From Mobula hypostoma (Eukaryota): 64,000 nt of DNA. Positions 61,452 to 64,000 of the stretch are shown here, piece after piece (the stretch's first letter is position 1; the number at the start of each line of letters is the position of its first letter). The notes beneath the pieces were generated by a model, which searched no databases, was not told where the DNA came from, and saw nothing but the letters and a program-made list of their open reading frames with translations. Both the position numbers and the translations under genes were made by a program. Location of the stretch: contig NC_086108.1 of assembly GCF_963921235.1 (NCBI RefSeq), positions 99,884,001-99,948,000 on the forward strand. The letters are read 5' to 3'.

Positions 61452-61580
61452 TGCTGATGAAAGGGTCTCAGCCCAAAATGTTGACTGTTTATTCCCTTCC
61501 ATAGACCTGCCTGACCTGTTGAGCTCCTGCAGCATGTTGTGTGTATTGCTCTAGATTTCCAGCACCTGAAGTACTTCCTG
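61452..61580 (+). mobile_element. Penelope terminal fragment, degenerate hammerhead
   Basis: CTGATGAAAGGGTCTCAGCCCAAAATGTTGACTG plus the family tail, inside a minus-strand Rex/L2-type fragment. Confidence 0.7.
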
Positions 61581-63427
61581 CATCTCTATAACTTCTTGTG
61601 ATTTTGGGCAGGGTATTTGACTGTGATGCATCTGGATAGGGTGCTCTCTATGTGTACAGATAAAAGTTAGTGAGAGTCATTGGGAACATGCTGAATTTCC
61701 TTAGCCTTCTTCCTTAGAAATATCAATGTGCTTTTTTGGTCATTGCATCCATGCAACTAGAGCTGGACAAACATTTGGTGATACTTACATCAAGGAACTT
61801 GAAGCTCTCAGTCATATCTACCTCAGCACCATTGATACAGACAAATATTGTATTCCATCACAGTTCCTGCAGTCAATGACCAGCTCTTTTATTTCACTGA
61901 CACTGAAGGAAAGGTTGCTGAAGCAGTACAATGTGTAGCCAACATACAACAAGCATACAAAACAACAAAAAAAAGACGCTTTCTAACCCCACCACCCATC
62001 GAGGGACCCCAGCCCTCATTTTCGGGGTCTGCTAACTTGATACTTGTCTAACAACAGAACGAATCTCTAAACTTTCAATTGAAACTCCCACATTACCTCA
62101 GGAAGATTATTTTTTTGGTGGGAAATTCTAGAATTCCTTTAATCTCCATGTTGTCCCAATCTGCCCAAGTCTGATTGATTACGTTGCACTGGCACAATAG
62201 TGTAACGCTTTGCAGAGCTAGTGATCGGAATATCGGAGTTCAATTCCCTTCGCTGTCTGTAATGCATTTGTAAATACTCACTGTGACTATGTGAGTTTCC
62301 TGTGGGTGCTCGGGGCTCATCCACATTCCGAAAAGAAAGGTTAGGCTTATTAAGTTGTGGACATGGTATGATGGTGCTGGAAGCTTGCGGGCTGCCCACA
62401 GACAATGCATTTCACTGTATACTTCAGTATTTCAATGTACCAGTGACAAGTAAAGCTAATATATGAATAAGACTTTCCGGCCTTTCCCATTTGTAAGACA
62501 TCTGATCAGCTCCTTTAGTCATTCTCAACCTTCTTTCCTGAAGAGATTGTAAACCTAACCTGTGCAATCTCTCTGTACAAATAAACCCTTTTCATTCTGT
62601 TTGATCTCTTCTCATGGCCTCTGGAGTAAACTTGCTTCAACCTGTGACAGTAGGACGTATTTAACTTGGTGAAATAACCCAAGATATTTCAACTAATCAA
62701 TCAGGTACAGTACCTCCCAGAGCCAGAAGAAGGGATAGATGGGAACTAACCAGTTTTGTCGGGGTGGAAGTGTCCAGGGGCTTGAATTCCAGACTTCCTG
62801 CTGAGGGGAAGAGCATAATTACTGATCCAAAAACTGAAATATACCTCAGCAAAATAAATTCCCCTTTTCACAGATGAAGTTGCCTCCAAGCTAAATTTGG
62901 TTCAACTAACTTTTTTGAATCTCTTGATTCAAAAGAGAGGATTGACAATAAAAATGTCCTAAAGCTGCCTAGTTCCCTATGAGTTTAGCTGTGCTTCATA
63001 CTTACTCCAGCTTCATTTTTGAGGTAACAACGTGTTTTATCATGACAAGCTATTCAAGGAAAGGTTGTTACCACCGGTTAGCATGCACTCAGCATAAAAT
63101 GAGTCTATCATATCACTTATCAAGTGATACACCTTTGAGCAGAGCTTTCAGTTTAGGCACACTGCAAGCCAACTAAAATAGTAAATGTGCTTCTTCAAAA
63201 CTAACACCCTATTAGCCTTTCTTTAAGTTTTCCTTTCTCATGGCCTTGCTCTGATTATTATTGATTATTATTGTCACATGGACCAAGTCAGGGAGCACTA
63301 CAGCACAGAAGCAGGCCATTCAGTCCATCTAGTCTGTGCCGAACTGGTTTTCTGCCTCATTCCATCTACCTGCACCTGGACCATGGGCGTCCACCCCTTT
63401 CTCATTTATGCACCTATCCAAACTTCA

Positions 63428-64000
63428 ATTTTAGATTATGAAGACACGTAGTCCTCTTTTATTGTCATTTAGTAATGCATGCATTAAGAAACGATACAAT
63501 ATTTCCTCCGGTGTGATATCACAAAACACAGGACAGACCGAGACTGAAAAAACTGACAAAACCACATAATTATAACATATAGTTACAACAGTGCAACAAT
63601 ATCATAACTTGATGAAGAAGGCCATGAGCACAGTAAAGTTCAAAGTTTCTCAAATGTCCCACATCTCATGCAGACGGGAGAAGGAAGAAAAACTCTCCCT
63701 GCCATGCCGACCACAATCCGACTCTGAGTCATCCGAAGACTTCGAGCTCTGATCAGCTCTCCGACACCGAGTACTGAGCGCCATCTCTGTCCGAATGATT
63801 CGACCTCCTTCTTGGTCGCCAAAAGCAGGCAAGGCCAGGGAATTTGAGGCCTACTCTCCGAAAGATTCCTAACCACGTAATAACGACAGCAGCGAACGAG
63901 CGTTTCAGAAATTTCTCCAGATGTTCCTCTGTGCTTTCACATTCATTCTCCATCAAATCATAATTGTCCACGGCCCCTATTTAACAGATACGATATCATT
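63428..64000 (-). mobile_element. Young retroelement 3' end (family unassigned), running off the window
   Basis: TTTTATTGTCATT (minus-strand AATAAA) near the boundary, CpG-retaining body, and abrupt interruption of a CR1 tail (63280-63425). Confidence 0.4.

Overview
Non-coding, repeat-dense vertebrate genomic DNA. The TE repertoire points to a cartilaginous fish, probably a ray (inference): CR1 with esterase ORF1, HE1/V-SINE-like and DeuSINE/SacSINE-like SINEs, Rex1/Babar, Penelope, Vingi, Nimb, RTE, and Tc1/mariner and hAT MITEs. No host protein-coding gene is recognisable, and the informative ORFs are all TE remnants. The largest elements are a near-full-length, lightly mutated CR1 LINE (~32.6-36.8 kb) and a decayed RTE LINE (~21.1-23.2 kb). 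The most interesting signals are RNA-structural. About ten dispersed Penelope terminal fragments carry a minimal type-I hammerhead ribozyme, and one copy (43953-43990) has an intact core with compensatory stem-II changes. A TSD-flanked 419-bp non-autonomous RTE has a 5' end that can fold into a multi-stem pseudoknot. Also present: a foldback mariner MITE, Tc1 deletion derivatives ending in a double-TIR hairpin, several multi-tier nested insertions with readable TSDs, a CR1-derived 39-bp minisatellite, TE-free islands that look like conserved non-coding elements, and two weak exon candidates. Family names come from motif recognition, not database searches. Boundaries without TSDs are approximate.
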